This document shows positions 63,956 through 64,000 of a DNA stretch of 64,000 nucleotides, piece after piece (the stretch's first letter is position 1; each line of letters opens with the position of its first letter). The notes beneath the pieces are model-generated. The model saw nothing but the letters and a program-made list of their open reading frames with translations. It was not told the origin of the DNA and did no database searches. Position numbers and translations under genes: made by a program. Source of the DNA: a virus (lineage: Duplodnaviria; Caudoviricetes); IMG/VR virus record IMGVR_UViG_3300045958_000007, positions 1-64,000 of that record; one strand, given 5' to 3'.

Positions 63956-64000
63956 CTATTGCTTCCTCCGGTACATGAGGTAGCCGGACCAGAGCAGGGC
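63956..64000 (-). CDS. C-terminal end of a probable membrane (holin-like) protein
   Basis: ALLWSGYLMYRRKQ-stop immediately before next ATG. Confidence 0.35.
   Translation of the reverse strand, partial: ALLWSGYLMYRRKQ

Overview
The whole window is DNA of a temperate, P22-like (podoviral) tailed phage with high GC. The host is probably Acidobacteria-like; this is inferred only from signal-peptide style and small-protein families. The minus strand from about 38.8 kb to the left edge is one late operon: NusG paralog, accessory block (two beta-class DNA methylases, serine recombinase), terS, terL, GroES, exported fibre/esterase block, portal, dual-frame C5 methylase, scaffold, coat, decoration protein, gp10-like hub, needle/fibre, two gp4-like adaptors around a tailspike, gp14-like protein and three ejection proteins. 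The last has a lytic transglycosylase domain and runs off the left edge. 39.5-42 kb holds a LuxR gene, a palindromic repeat array and a Cre-like recombinase. 42-55.4 kb is a plus-strand replication/accessory operon (putative initiator, TGT/DpdA-like, radical SAM-HNH, VWA). 55.4-62.3 kb is a minus-strand early operon (Gp157, probable annealing protein). A divergent promoter switch sits at 62.35-62.42 kb, and a GH19 endolysin at the right end suggests a circularly permuted genome. Most unusual: (1) three coat-protein-derived mini-proteins in the early region, (2) seven late proteins, several clearly virion-type, with Sec signal peptides, (3) a His-less stand-alone histidine-kinase DHp domain, (4) a two-frame methylase, (5) a tandem HiPIP-like protein, (6) KGG-type basic proteins where a repressor is expected. 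No tRNA, rRNA, CRISPR array or reverse transcriptase was seen. Three single-base frameshifts in homopolymers may be sequencing errors. All family calls come from motif recognition by eye, without database searches.
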